From: a virus
DNA length: 64,000 nucleotides
Direction: 5' to 3' (one strand)
IMG/VR virus record: IMGVR_UViG_3300005253_000004
Span: 1-64,000 of that record
The translations under genes and the position numbers were made by a program. Each line of letters begins with the position of its first letter. Positions within the stretch are counted from its first letter, which is position 1. This document shows, piece after piece, positions 8,204-17,414 of this stretch. The notes under the pieces are model-generated. The model ran no database searches and had not been told where the DNA came from. It was given only the letters and a program-made list of their open reading frames with translations.

Positions 8204-9421
8204 ATGATTACATTTAACACCCTTGGTGATATGCTTCTGCGTCGATACATCGTGGACTTTATTGCTCAGATGCAGAATCTGTCCGCGCCCATCTATACGC
8301 AACTCCAAGAAGACACCAACTTCACCCCCTCGGGTGATGGTGCCTACTTCGGTATTCGTATTGCGGGCAACGAAGCGGGTGGTGGCTGGCGTGCGACGGA
8401 CGACAATGTCCTCCCGACAGCAAGCAATGAGAACGTAAAGCAAGCACGAGTTCGACCCAAGAAGTATTACCATACAGTGACCTTCTCTGGTCTGGCTGAA
8501 GCAGTTTCAGCTAGAGGCGGGGAAGATGCTTTCGCGGCTGGCATTACTGATGCGATTAGTCAGGCTGTCAAGCGCGCAGGCGCACGTTTCGAGACCGACT
8601 TCCTTCGGGGAGATGGTACGGGACGTCTGACCAACACGTCAGCGAGTCCGAGTGCTTCGACTACTATCGCAGTAGACGACGCTCGACCGTTCCGTTCTGG
8701 TCAAGTCATTGTTGGCCTGAGTAACTCGACTGGCCTTCGGATCTTCGGTCCGGTGACAGTCGTTTCTAGATCCATCAGCGGCGCTACTATTACGGTTTCC
8801 AGTGCAGTAACTGGTTCCGGTAGTGCTAACGATGGCATTTACATCTCTGGTGAGCAGTCCGAGGCTTCGGCCCCGACTGAAGTGACCGCTCTTGGTCTCC
8901 CGGCAATCGTGTCGGCCACCGGAACAATCTACAACCTTTCTCGAACCACGTATCCGATCCTTCAATCGAAGGTAATCGCTGCGGGCTCGGTGGCTCTTGA
9001 CGAAGCCCTGCTTCGTCGCCTGCGCCGCCAGCTCCTGGTTGAGACCGATGTTGGAAGCCTGGAAGGTTTCGCGATGATCAGTAACTGGGAACAGTATGAT
9101 CGTTATACCGAAATCTCCCTGCCCTTCCGTCGGTTCAACGACATGCGGTTGGAGTTGGGCGCACAGCAAGAGCTGACTACGTTTGAAGGCCGTCCCTGGC
9201 TGATCTCGCATCAGGCTCTTCCGGATCAGGTGTTCCAGTTGAACCTTGGTGCGGTTGTGCGTGGAGTTGTTAGGCCCCTGTCTATTGACGAGCGTGTGAA
9301 TATGGCGTGGGTGCCCGGACAGGACGCTTTCACCGTACTTCTAAAATACTACGGCGAAAATGTCGCTCGCATGCCTAACCAGACAGCGAAGCTGACCGGA
9401 CTAACAACGCCTACCTACTAA
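8204..9421 (+). CDS. Major capsid protein (HK97 fold, with a beta-rich insertion)
   Basis: 405 aa after scaffold; GDGTGRL, IYNLSRTTYP, TFEGRPW and terminal PNQTAKLTGL motifs typical of phage major capsids. Confidence 0.88.
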   Translation: MITFNTLGDMLLRRYIVDFIAQMQNLSAPIYTQLQEDTNFTPSGDGAYFGIRIAGNEAGGGWRATDDNVLPTASNENVKQARVRPKKYYHTVTFSGLAEAVSARGGEDAFAAGITDAISQAVKRAGARFETDFLRGDGTGRLTNTSASPSASTTIAVDDARPFRSGQVIVGLSNSTGLRIFGPVTVVSRSISGATITVSSAVTGSGSANDGIYISGEQSEASAPTEVTALGLPAIVSATGTIYNLSRTTYPILQSKVIAAGSVALDEALLRRLRRQLLVETDVGSLEGFAMISNWEQYDRYTEISLPFRRFNDMRLELGAQQELTTFEGRPWLISHQALPDQVFQLNLGAVVRGVVRPLSIDERVNMAWVPGQDAFTVLLKYYGENVARMPNQTAKLTGLTTPTY

Positions 9422-9468
9422 GATGTTGCTTGAGTTAATCAAGTGATAGGTTAGTAACAGGTAAAGAC

Positions 9469-9499
9469 ATAGGGCAGGAGCTTCGTGCTCCTGCCCTAT
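9469..9499 (+). terminator. Strong hairpin after the capsid gene (terminator or processing site)
   Basis: Perfect 13-bp stem atagggcaggagc-ttcgt-gctcctgccctat; U-tract is weak. Confidence 0.6.
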
Positions 9500-9501
9500 A
9501 C

Positions 9502-10080
9502 TTGAATAGGGAGAATCAAGTGAAGCGATGTTACAGGTGTGATACAGAGAAAGACGAATCAGAGTTTTCCAAAGATAGATCACGTTATGACAGCCTCCAA
9601 AGTCAATGTAAACCTTGTAAAGTTATCATGGTTACAGAGCGTCGCAATACGAAAGAAGGGCACAAAGCCCTTAGAAAATACCGTACCAGTAAGAAAGGCA
9701 AAGCAGCAGTCAACGCCGCATCAAAGAAGTACAAGCAGACAGACCGTGGAAGAGAAAAGAAACAAGCCTACGAAAGAAAGCGGTATCACGAAAACATCGA
9801 GTACTACAGACTAAAGAACAGAGCAAGAAAATCAAAGGGAGCGTCCATCGCAGTACTCAAACAAGTACAAGAACGGGACAAGGTCTGTCAACTCTGCCAC
9901 ACAGACAAAGACTTACAGTTCGATCACATCTATCCGGTATCCTATGGAGGCATAGGCTCTCTTGAGAACCTACAGCTTCTATGTGGCCGATGTAACAATT
10001 TCAAATCAGACAACTTCTTCCTCCCTGGAGGCGGAATGTTGGTAACAAAACGGAAAGCTAGTCTAGTAATAAATAAATAA
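9502..10080 (+). CDS. HNH homing endonuclease (start possibly GTG 9520)
   Basis: N-terminal CxxC..K..SEF..CKPC; C-terminal CQLC..FDHIYP..GG..NLQLLCGRCN; A-rich relative to neighbours. Confidence 0.92.
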   Translation: MNRENQVKRCYRCDTEKDESEFSKDRSRYDSLQSQCKPCKVIMVTERRNTKEGHKALRKYRTSKKGKAAVNAASKKYKQTDRGREKKQAYERKRYHENIEYYRLKNRARKSKGASIAVLKQVQERDKVCQLCHTDKDLQFDHIYPVSYGGIGSLENLQLLCGRCNNFKSDNFFLPGGGMLVTKRKASLVINK

Positions 10081-10102
10081 ACAAATGTAAGGAGATTTAA
10101 GC

Positions 10103-10417
10103 ATGACTGATACAACTGCCCTACAGAACGTCATTCAGGTTGATGACAAAAACGGCAACCACTTCTGGATCTGTGATGTGTATCACACTACCGGTACTGC
10201 GACTGACGTCCTCGTACCTAATAGCGTGCTTGCAGCTTCCCAGATTGCGGATAGTGGCGCCCGTAGCGGTGACATCCAAGTCACAACAGACGACTCGGCG
10301 ACCGACTCGGTACGAGAAGTTACCATCGCATCTGGCGTAGCTACTGGCCTCATCAAGCTGGTGATTCGCTTCTCAGGAAGTGCCGCTGGTATAGGTTCAG
10401 GACACGGCGTACTTTAA
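10103..10417 (+). CDS. Small beta-rich virion protein (decoration-like), distant paralog of the next two
   Basis: 104 aa T/S/V/G-rich; DVLVPNSVLAA resembles DHLELPNAVDAA. Confidence 0.7.
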   Translation: MTDTTALQNVIQVDDKNGNHFWICDVYHTTGTATDVLVPNSVLAASQIADSGARSGDIQVTTDDSATDSVREVTIASGVATGLIKLVIRFSGSAAGIGSGHGVL

Positions 10418-10430
10418 GGAGGGCTAAACG

Positions 10431-10733
10431 ATGGCATTACTATACCCCTCTAAACAAATCGCAATTGATCTTCAGAACGGAACATCCTTGGTAGTTACAA
10501 AAGTTACTGCTATTACGGTTGCCGATGACTTCATCGAGCTTCCAACATTCGTTGATGCTGTGAATTTGAATCCGGCGAAGGATACAAGTGACCCTACATT
10601 CTATCTTGCAGGTGGAGATAGGTGTGTTGGGTGGAACGCAGCTACGGTTGGCACGGAGTACACAGTTGTCTCCAAGCATAGCGGTATTGTGAACTTTGCT
10701 CCAGGCGGCGCGACCGCTGACGAGCCGAAGTAA
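10431..10733 (+). CDS. Small beta-rich virion protein (decoration-like), paralog A2
   Basis: 100 aa; shares PSKQ..DL, ELP..VDA, SDP.FYL, ATVGTEY.VVS.H.G and AT.D.PK with 10745. Confidence 0.8.
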   Translation: MALLYPSKQIAIDLQNGTSLVVTKVTAITVADDFIELPTFVDAVNLNPAKDTSDPTFYLAGGDRCVGWNAATVGTEYTVVSKHSGIVNFAPGGATADEPK

Positions 10734-10744
10734 AGGAGAAGAAT

Positions 10745-11047
10745 ATGGCTCAATTATTTCCCTCCAAACAAGCATTCGTGGATCTAAAGGACGACACGCA
10801 GGTGCTGGTGTCTACTGTCAAGATTACGAATACTACTTCGGATCACTTGGAGCTTCCGAACGCGGTTGATGCGGCTGTACTTACAGCCTCCGGCGCGTCG
10901 GACCCTGAGTTCTACCTCGTTCACCAAGATGGTGCCACATTGGCTATCGACGGTGCTACAGTAGGGACAGAATACATTGTTGTCTCCAACCATGTTGGCG
11001 GCATCAACTCCTACCCAGGTAGAGCTACCGTGGACACTCCGAAGTAG
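10745..11047 (+). CDS. Small beta-rich virion protein (decoration-like), paralog A3
   Basis: 100 aa, clear paralog of 10431-10733. Confidence 0.8.
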   Translation: MAQLFPSKQAFVDLKDDTQVLVSTVKITNTTSDHLELPNAVDAAVLTASGASDPEFYLVHQDGATLAIDGATVGTEYIVVSNHVGGINSYPGRATVDTPK

Positions 11048-11338
11048 ATGGAAAGGATATTTGTAACATGTGTGATCGGGCTCGCCCTCCTTCTGGGAGG
11101 GTGCGCCTCCACACACAACTGGTTCTATCGTTCTGATGGATCTCTATGTGCTGAGACCAGATCTACTGTTCTCGGTACTGGTGAGACTGAACTGTATATC
11201 GTTGACAAGGATTGTACAATCACCCTTATATACGACACAAAAGATACAGGAATCAGTGATAACGCTAAAGATCTAGGTGGCGAAATCGCTGAAGGTCTAG
11301 TGAAAGGCGCTATCAAAGGCGTGGTACCCATACCATGA
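11048..11338 (+). CDS. Putative lipoprotein
   Basis: Signal peptide with lipobox LGGC-AS. Confidence 0.75.
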   Translation: MERIFVTCVIGLALLLGGCASTHNWFYRSDGSLCAETRSTVLGTGETELYIVDKDCTITLIYDTKDTGISDNAKDLGGEIAEGLVKGAIKGVVPIP

Positions 11339-11727
11339 ACAAGGTTATAGAGAAAGTCGCGTGGTACTTAGACATCATCAGTAGCAAGAACTCTGACTTT
11401 AGGGACGACGGTCTCTCTGGAGGCTTCCCCGATTGGATGTACAGTCGTTGGGATTTGTCCAGAGCAGGGCGTATCCACGACTGGCAGTACTGCACACGAT
11501 GTCATAAAGCAGGTTCTATGACAGACCCACAAAAGAGGTGGGCTGACAAGGCTCTGCGAAAGCACGCAAGAGAATTACTCCCTACGTATCTGAATCTAGC
11601 ACCGATCATACTCTACATTGGAGTGTTCATAGGCGGTGGGTTTGGTTCCTGGGATAGCTGCGACGCTTCGGTCGGTGACCGGTGTCGACACAACATCAAA
11701 CAGCCTGATTGGATGGCTGATGAATAA
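11335..11727 (+). CDS. DUF1353/phospholipase-A2-like HDxxY protein
   Basis: DGLSG..P, AGRIHDWQY, WADKAL, YIGVFIGG motifs. Confidence 0.6.
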   Translation: MNKVIEKVAWYLDIISSKNSDFRDDGLSGGFPDWMYSRWDLSRAGRIHDWQYCTRCHKAGSMTDPQKRWADKALRKHARELLPTYLNLAPIILYIGVFIGGGFGSWDSCDASVGDRCRHNIKQPDWMADE

Positions 11728-11738
11728 GGAGAAATACA

Positions 11739-12164
11739 ATGGCGTTTCCCGCAGACAACGGCGATATTAGCCGAATCATTGAACTGGGAAGATACAACAT
11801 CCCCGGCGCTGGACACAATAACATTGGACAGGCCGTGAACAACAAGGTAATTGTTTGGGGTAGACTGACTGGGCTATATGCTAGTACAGGTCTGGACCTG
11901 CTCCGGCACGGAGGTACTGATGCGGCGTTTGGTCTCTCTAATACCGACAAGATTAGCTTGACTTGCCGCAAAGCCGGTGCAGCCGGTGCTATCTTGCCTA
12001 CATCTGATAATGGATACTTGGCAAACGTGACTCGACTTCTCGGCAAGATCTTTTTGGTCGATCAGTGCGGACAAGCAAACCCCACTGTTCCCGAGGCCGG
12101 TGACACTGTTGTCATCGACTACGTGGCGATTGGTGACGAACTCGCTGCCCCGGAACTCGTATAA
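11739..12164 (+). CDS. Capsid cement/decoration-like protein, paralog B1
   Basis: 141 aa; GDI..I..LGRY..PG.G.N, NKVIVWG, KIFL, GQANP.VP, AIGD..APEL shared with next two genes. Confidence 0.8.
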   Translation: MAFPADNGDISRIIELGRYNIPGAGHNNIGQAVNNKVIVWGRLTGLYASTGLDLLRHGGTDAAFGLSNTDKISLTCRKAGAAGAILPTSDNGYLANVTRLLGKIFLVDQCGQANPTVPEAGDTVVIDYVAIGDELAAPELV

Positions 12165-12179
12165 TAAAGGAGAAACAAA

Positions 12180-12578
12180 ATGGCTGATGGTGATATTACA
12201 GCAGTGAAAATACTGTATAGACAGTCACTTGGTGGCGGTCAGAATGAACTCGGAGTTAAGAAGAATTCCAAAATCCTCGTAGTTGGTGAGATTACTTGCA
12301 CCTACGTGGCGGCTGGCGTCGCTGTGGACAAGACAGGTGGTGACAATTGTTTTGGAGTAACTGACATTGACTTTGTTAAGATTCTTCCGTTGACAATTGC
12401 GGCAGCATACCCGACGGCTCAGAAGCTGTTCAAGGCTGACTACGACGTTACAAACAAGAAGATCTTCTTGCTAGAAGACATGGGTCAGGCGAACCCGGCG
12501 GTCCCGTCGGACGCGGATGCGTGTGTTCTTCGTTTCGTTGCTGTTGGTGACGACGCGGATGCCCCGGAACTTACATAA
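12180..12578 (+). CDS. Capsid cement/decoration-like protein, paralog B2
   Basis: 132 aa paralog; 25-bp junction ataataaaggagaaacaaaatggct identical at 12161-12185 and 12575-12599. Confidence 0.8.
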   Translation: MADGDITAVKILYRQSLGGGQNELGVKKNSKILVVGEITCTYVAAGVAVDKTGGDNCFGVTDIDFVKILPLTIAAAYPTAQKLFKADYDVTNKKIFLLEDMGQANPAVPSDADACVLRFVAVGDDADAPELT

Positions 12579-12593
12579 TAAAGGAGAAACAAA

Positions 12594-13019
12594 ATGGCTA
12601 ATGGTGACGTTACTAAAGTCGTAGTACTAGGGCGTTATGTTCTTCCTGGTGGTGGCAACACAACTACCGGCAAGCAGAGGCAGAACAAAGTAATTATGTG
12701 GGGTGAAGCTACTTGCACCGCCGCAAACGCTGGGATCGATATCACAGCTGCTGGCAGTATTGGCGGCACGGGCAGAACTTGGCCCCAAACACTAGGTCTC
12801 AACGCTATAGACTTGCTAGAGTTTACATTGAAGAGCACCGATGGCGCGGTTGTCGCAGATGATGCGTTGTACTTTTTCGATGTGAGTCATTCTACATGGT
12901 TGATTCACGCACTTGAAGACGTAGGCGTGGCTGACGCTTCACCACCGTCTGCTGGTGATGCTTTGGTGCTTTCGTTCTGGGCAATTGGTGATACCGGAAC
13001 TGACGGCGTACTTACATAA
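12594..13019 (+). CDS. Capsid cement/decoration-like protein, paralog B3
   Basis: 141 aa paralog (MANGDVT..LGRY.LPGGGN, NKVIMWGE, AIGD). Confidence 0.8.
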   Translation: MANGDVTKVVVLGRYVLPGGGNTTTGKQRQNKVIMWGEATCTAANAGIDITAAGSIGGTGRTWPQTLGLNAIDLLEFTLKSTDGAVVADDALYFFDVSHSTWLIHALEDVGVADASPPSAGDALVLSFWAIGDTGTDGVLT

Positions 13020-13024
13020 ACTAA

Positions 13025-13150
13025 ATGACTCTTCGCTGCGCCGATTGTGGCATGCCGATAAAAAGGGTCCGACCTCAGGGTCGAGCCCCTAAGTATTGTG
13101 CGGAGTGCCGCAAGAAGCGACAGGATGAGTTCAAGAAAAGGAGTAAATAA
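13025..13150 (+). CDS. 41-aa zinc-finger peptide (below ORF-track cutoff)
   Basis: Manual translation MTLRCADCGMPIKRVRPQGRAPKYCAECRKKRQDEFKKRSK; two CxxC; fills the gap; weak RBS. Confidence 0.55.
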   Translation: MTLRCADCGMPIKRVRPQGRAPKYCAECRKKRQDEFKKRSK

Positions 13151-13152
13151 TA

Positions 13153-13422
13153 ATGGCTACTCAAGTACAGCCTGATAAGGCAATTATCGCGGCTCTGGGT
13201 CCGTTCAAGATTGAAGTTGTTCGTTTCACCGCGGTGTCTAATGACGACACCTACACAAGTAGGTTGGCGCAGCCTTTGGCCGCGTTCTGTTTCCCTACAG
13301 TGGATGCGGGTTCTACGACTCAGAACCAATCGGCAACAATTGGCACTGGTTCAAACCAGAAGGTGGTCACCTTTCGTGACCCTGCTAAGACAACTCAGAC
13401 TCTGATCGTATTCGGATTCTAA
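13153..13422 (+). CDS. Small beta-rich virion protein
   Basis: 89 aa, AAGGAG RBS, ends LIVFGF like cement-type proteins. Confidence 0.7.
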   Translation: MATQVQPDKAIIAALGPFKIEVVRFTAVSNDDTYTSRLAQPLAAFCFPTVDAGSTTQNQSATIGTGSNQKVVTFRDPAKTTQTLIVFGF

Positions 13423-13449
13423 GAAACGCAACATAATCCCGGGGAGAGG

Positions 13450-14130
13450 ATGATGAAACTACCTAGTACGTTACGACCTAGTAACTCGGAATACAAAGAG
13501 TGCATGCCTGGGAAGGACTTACCTTCTTGGTTCATGAATGATTTGAAATCGATTGATGAGAATCTGTACATCGTATTCCACCCCTTCGCTATGATCTGGG
13601 ACGACCTCATGAATCAATACGAAGGCGAACTAGAAGATCCACGTTTCAGCATCCACCGGGAGCACGGTGAAGAGGTATGGGGATTCGTCACAACGAACGG
13701 TTGTGGCGAACCCACTCCCGAGTGCGCGTGGCATGTGTGGAGGCTCGCAGAGCCTCACGGATGGGCTCATATCGTTCGGATTGAATCCAAGGATGGAGAA
13801 TACCTCAAGCTGATGATCAACAGACTACACACCCAGGCTCAGTTTCGTGATCGTTACGGAGACATCGCCTGGAACCGGAACACAAGATCTGAAACTGAAG
13901 AAGCACAAGTAAGAGCACAGGATGCGCATCAAGAGATGTTCGAAGCTGTGCAGGAAGAGAACGCATGGCTGACTCGCGCAGCGCGTGACAACATGAGTCG
14001 AGGGGTTACAGCACCTACCAACCCCCAGAAAGAGACCATCATCAGCTATGCGGGTCAGAAGAATCGTTCGCGTCTTGTCCGTCCCTTGAGGGACGAAGAC
14101 GTTGGACTGAAAGGAATCGAAGATCTTTGA
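13450..14130 (+). CDS. Hypothetical protein (head-tail region)
   Basis: 226 aa, GGAGAGG RBS. Confidence 0.75.
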   Translation: MMKLPSTLRPSNSEYKECMPGKDLPSWFMNDLKSIDENLYIVFHPFAMIWDDLMNQYEGELEDPRFSIHREHGEEVWGFVTTNGCGEPTPECAWHVWRLAEPHGWAHIVRIESKDGEYLKLMINRLHTQAQFRDRYGDIAWNRNTRSETEEAQVRAQDAHQEMFEAVQEENAWLTRAARDNMSRGVTAPTNPQKETIISYAGQKNRSRLVRPLRDEDVGLKGIEDL

Positions 14131-14151
14131 CTCCTATAAAGGAGACCAAGT

Positions 14152-14841
14152 ATGGCCCAGCTCACTGGCACCCTGGGGAATTTTATCGTCAGGATCCGTA
14201 GATACATCGGCGAGGAAACAGCATCCGTTAGTTATTGGAGCGACGACCTCGTCAAACAAGTATTCAACTCATGCTATCGAAGGCGGTGCGCGCAACTTAT
14301 CATGGCATACGAAGGTTACTTCACAGTAGTAGCTACCCGAGACACAGTCTCCCTACAAGAACGGTACGCGTGGCCCACGAACTTTGAACGCCTCTTCAAG
14401 CTGGAGTTAGTCCGTTCAAGTGGCACAACCGTGCCTGTTCAGCGACAAGAAAGACATTACGGTTCGAAACCCTCACCTGCGGGTAGCGGAGACTCTTACC
14501 TCCCCTCATACAGATCAATAGGCAGTGGCTTCGTCTTTGAGCCTGCCCCCATAACAGGGGTGAAAGGACAGATTCGGATGGAATACTGCGTCACACCCAC
14601 CGAGTTGACAGAAAGCGACGATCAACTCCACTCTGACTTCCCCACCATGATGGATGAGATCCTAGTGTTGGACGCTGCGGTAGCCCTGTTCGACCAGGAG
14701 CAGACGCAGGAAGAGGGCAGGGTCAGAAGTTTACTTAGACTACGTGCTGAATGGGAGCTAGACTGGGAGCGGTTTATCGATAACCGAATGATTTCCTCTA
14801 ATAGTGTAACACCCTTCGCCGGTCCATATCGAGACGCGTAA
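14152..14841 (+). CDS. Head-tail adaptor protein
   Basis: 229 aa; RIRRYIGE..YWSDD.V..N, ERYAWPTNF, FEPAP, MEY..P.EL, P..DEILVLDAA pattern; precedes nozzle. Confidence 0.75.
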   Translation: MAQLTGTLGNFIVRIRRYIGEETASVSYWSDDLVKQVFNSCYRRRCAQLIMAYEGYFTVVATRDTVSLQERYAWPTNFERLFKLELVRSSGTTVPVQRQERHYGSKPSPAGSGDSYLPSYRSIGSGFVFEPAPITGVKGQIRMEYCVTPTELTESDDQLHSDFPTMMDEILVLDAAVALFDQEQTQEEGRVRSLLRLRAEWELDWERFIDNRMISSNSVTPFAGPYRDA

Positions 14842-17414
14842 TGGGTAGAGAGCATATCCCGTACCTTGACATCAAAGGATTTCAGGGCCTTTTTACGAAG
14901 TCCACACCTGAGGTCTTGCAGGCTGAGCAGCTTTCGATTGCCCAGAACTGTGACTTCTTCGAAGAGTATGGTGCTATTGCCAAGATACGTGGTAGCTCTA
15001 GAGTTTTGAACACCCCCTACACCGAAGGCGGCTCAGCCAAGAAGATTACGTGGGTTGAGTTCTTCAAATCGGCTGACCTCGATGGTACCATCCTGCGCCA
15101 GACAATGGTATCAGCAGGTACAGTACTTGGCCGAGTTGAAAACGGCGTAGTAACCCCACTCCTCACAGGTAGAACAGCCGACCTATACCACCATTCGACC
15201 TTCCTCGACAGATTCATGTTCGTCACCAACTACGACCCCGACAAGGTGGGCGTAGGCGATGACCTCGTTAAGTACGACGGCGCTGTGTTCACCAAGTGGG
15301 GTGTAGCCCCTCCAGGTGCTGAGGTTACAGTCGTCGAGGAATTCGATGACGCTTCCGCTTGGACACCCACTCTCTGTGACCTATCCGATCAGGCCAGCGG
15401 TACCACAGGGCACATCACCTGGGATGGCTCGGCTGTACGGATTGACGCCGCAGGACAGAGCGGGCCCCCCATCGGTTCTTCCCCTTTCTACGCATCAGAC
15501 GTATTCTCCTTTGAGAAAGGGCACGCTGCCTCTGGGTTCTACGCCCAAGGGGACACCCGAGAGAACGAAGAGGCGACCCGGAACCGGGTATCGTTCTTCA
15601 CATATTTCCCCCGCGGTTCACTGACCAAGTCACTAACCTTTCCGGCCAACCAAGGCTTCAAGACATCGGGCCCTGTGTTGTCTGTATACGTTAGCCCTGA
15701 CGCCAGCACCACGGCCAACAACAACTGGCAATTCGACTTCACAAACGGAGTGATTAGAGAAGGATGGAACAAAATAAACCTAGATTTTGCATCAGGAGCA
15801 CCGGGTAGTGGTCAGTTTAATTCCCCGGTCGGGCAACAAACAGGATTCTTCTACCCAGAAGACCAGACAATCCGAAGAACGCGTTTTGAATTCTATCTCT
15901 CAACAGCCCAAACGGTCACAAGCGGGCTTCGGATCGACAAGTACCAGAAGGCCGATGAGGGAGCGCTCGTTGCGTCACCCTCGGGGGTCTCGGGTAGCCT
16001 CACTGGCGTCTACAGTTATAAGGTTGTTTATGTTTCTAAGTATGGTAGTCTTAGTAATGCTGGTCCTGCTTCTGTACCTGTTACCGCCGCTAGTCACCTC
16101 CAAATTGACCTCACTCGGATCCCGGTTTCGCTGGATACGCAAGTCACAGCGCGGAGGCTCTACCGAACAGTAGGCAACGGATCGGTCTGGCTGTACCTTG
16201 ACGAAATCCTCGACAACACCACCACTACCTACACGGACATCGTTGCAGATGGTAGCCTCAGCAATGAGACTGCACCACAAGCGGGGGACTTCGCAGACGA
16301 CAACTCCGTACCCCCTCGGTGCTCCATCGTGTACGCGTGGAAGAAGACGATCCTGATGGCAGGCGACCCCCAGAACCCGTACACCTTGTACTACTCTGAG
16401 GACGCTGAACCTGAGAGTTTCCCGCTCATCAACGCCCTGGACATGGACGCCAAGATCACAGCTATCTATGAGACCTACGCAGGGGCAGTGATCGAGACTG
16501 AGACCGGTAAGTGGCAGCTCATCGGCGACAACCCCGACTTCTCCTTCGACAAGATCGTACACGGCATGGGCTGTGTGGGTCGGAGGGCTGCTGGGAACGC
16601 TCGCCTGATTGGTTACTCCGTTGACCGTGACGGGATGAGGCTCTTTGACCTCAGTGAGACCCAGAAGATCAGCGAGCCTATCCGGGACAAGTACGACTCC
16701 AGCACCGTGAACAAGGCTAACATCGAGCTGATACACACGGTCCACAGTAGAGCTAAGAACATGATCCTCCAGTTCAACCCAGATGCTTCGGGGGATTACT
16801 CCTCGATCTTCTGCTACCAGTACCCAATTGACTCTGTTGAGGTAGGGTATTGGTCGGAGATCGTCACTCCTTCTGCTGCTAACTTGAACTTCCAAGATGC
16901 CACTGAGATCGAGGACTCTAATGGACAGTTCCAGATCCTGGCAGGCGGGGCTGACGGGATGCTTTACAGGCTGTTCAACGACTCCTCCAAGAACTGGGTG
17001 GATGCGGCAGGGGTTGAGTATCCCATCGATACCAAGATCCGGACCCACTACCTAAGGGCTGGAGGGTTGGGTGCCGAAGTATTCCAGGCTACAGGCCGGA
17101 TGAACCCGCACACAATAGAGATAAGGATTGGGAACGACGATGCTTGTACATGGACAGCCACAGTGGAACTGGCTAAGGGTATCACACAGACCCTAGCTAC
17201 TTCCAGCTCTGAGATGTTGTTGCAGTTTGGGCTCAACGATGGGCTACGTAGAATGAGAGTACCTTCAGCGGGGTCTACACCTGAAGAGTACGTCAGGCTC
17301 ACGTTCCAAAACGCTCAAGCGGACGTCTATACGAAGATCCTGGCCGCTAGGTTCTCCTACAAGACACAGCCAGCAAACTTCATAGACGGCGACATTGACA
17401 ATACGATAGCGTAA
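14841..17414 (+). CDS. Tail nozzle/tubular protein (beta-propeller) with inserted beta-sandwich domains
   Basis: 857 aa; FQGL..AQNCDF..GAIAK.RG start, LYYSE..PESFP, GCVG motifs; Ig-like insert YSYKVVYV..RRLYRT..TTTYTD. Confidence 0.75.
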   Translation: MGREHIPYLDIKGFQGLFTKSTPEVLQAEQLSIAQNCDFFEEYGAIAKIRGSSRVLNTPYTEGGSAKKITWVEFFKSADLDGTILRQTMVSAGTVLGRVENGVVTPLLTGRTADLYHHSTFLDRFMFVTNYDPDKVGVGDDLVKYDGAVFTKWGVAPPGAEVTVVEEFDDASAWTPTLCDLSDQASGTTGHITWDGSAVRIDAAGQSGPPIGSSPFYASDVFSFEKGHAASGFYAQGDTRENEEATRNRVSFFTYFPRGSLTKSLTFPANQGFKTSGPVLSVYVSPDASTTANNNWQFDFTNGVIREGWNKINLDFASGAPGSGQFNSPVGQQTGFFYPEDQTIRRTRFEFYLSTAQTVTSGLRIDKYQKADEGALVASPSGVSGSLTGVYSYKVVYVSKYGSLSNAGPASVPVTAASHLQIDLTRIPVSLDTQVTARRLYRTVGNGSVWLYLDEILDNTTTTYTDIVADGSLSNETAPQAGDFADDNSVPPRCSIVYAWKKTILMAGDPQNPYTLYYSEDAEPESFPLINALDMDAKITAIYETYAGAVIETETGKWQLIGDNPDFSFDKIVHGMGCVGRRAAGNARLIGYSVDRDGMRLFDLSETQKISEPIRDKYDSSTVNKANIELIHTVHSRAKNMILQFNPDASGDYSSIFCYQYPIDSVEVGYWSEIVTPSAANLNFQDATEIEDSNGQFQILAGGADGMLYRLFNDSSKNWVDAAGVEYPIDTKIRTHYLRAGGLGAEVFQATGRMNPHTIEIRIGNDDACTWTATVELAKGITQTLATSSSEMLLQFGLNDGLRRMRVPSAGSTPEEYVRLTFQNAQADVYTKILAARFSYKTQPANFIDGDIDNTIA

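Noticed and set aside
9426-9452. Possible promoter TTGCTT..TAGGTT before the HNH
   Set aside because: Spacer is 15 nt and the -10 is poor, unlike the five clear promoters
15975-17048. Long antisense ORFs (also 2640-3353, 4431-5318, 55856-56929, 59654-60397)
   Set aside because: They are shadows of well-supported genes on the other strand, with no motifs or RBS, as expected from codon bias
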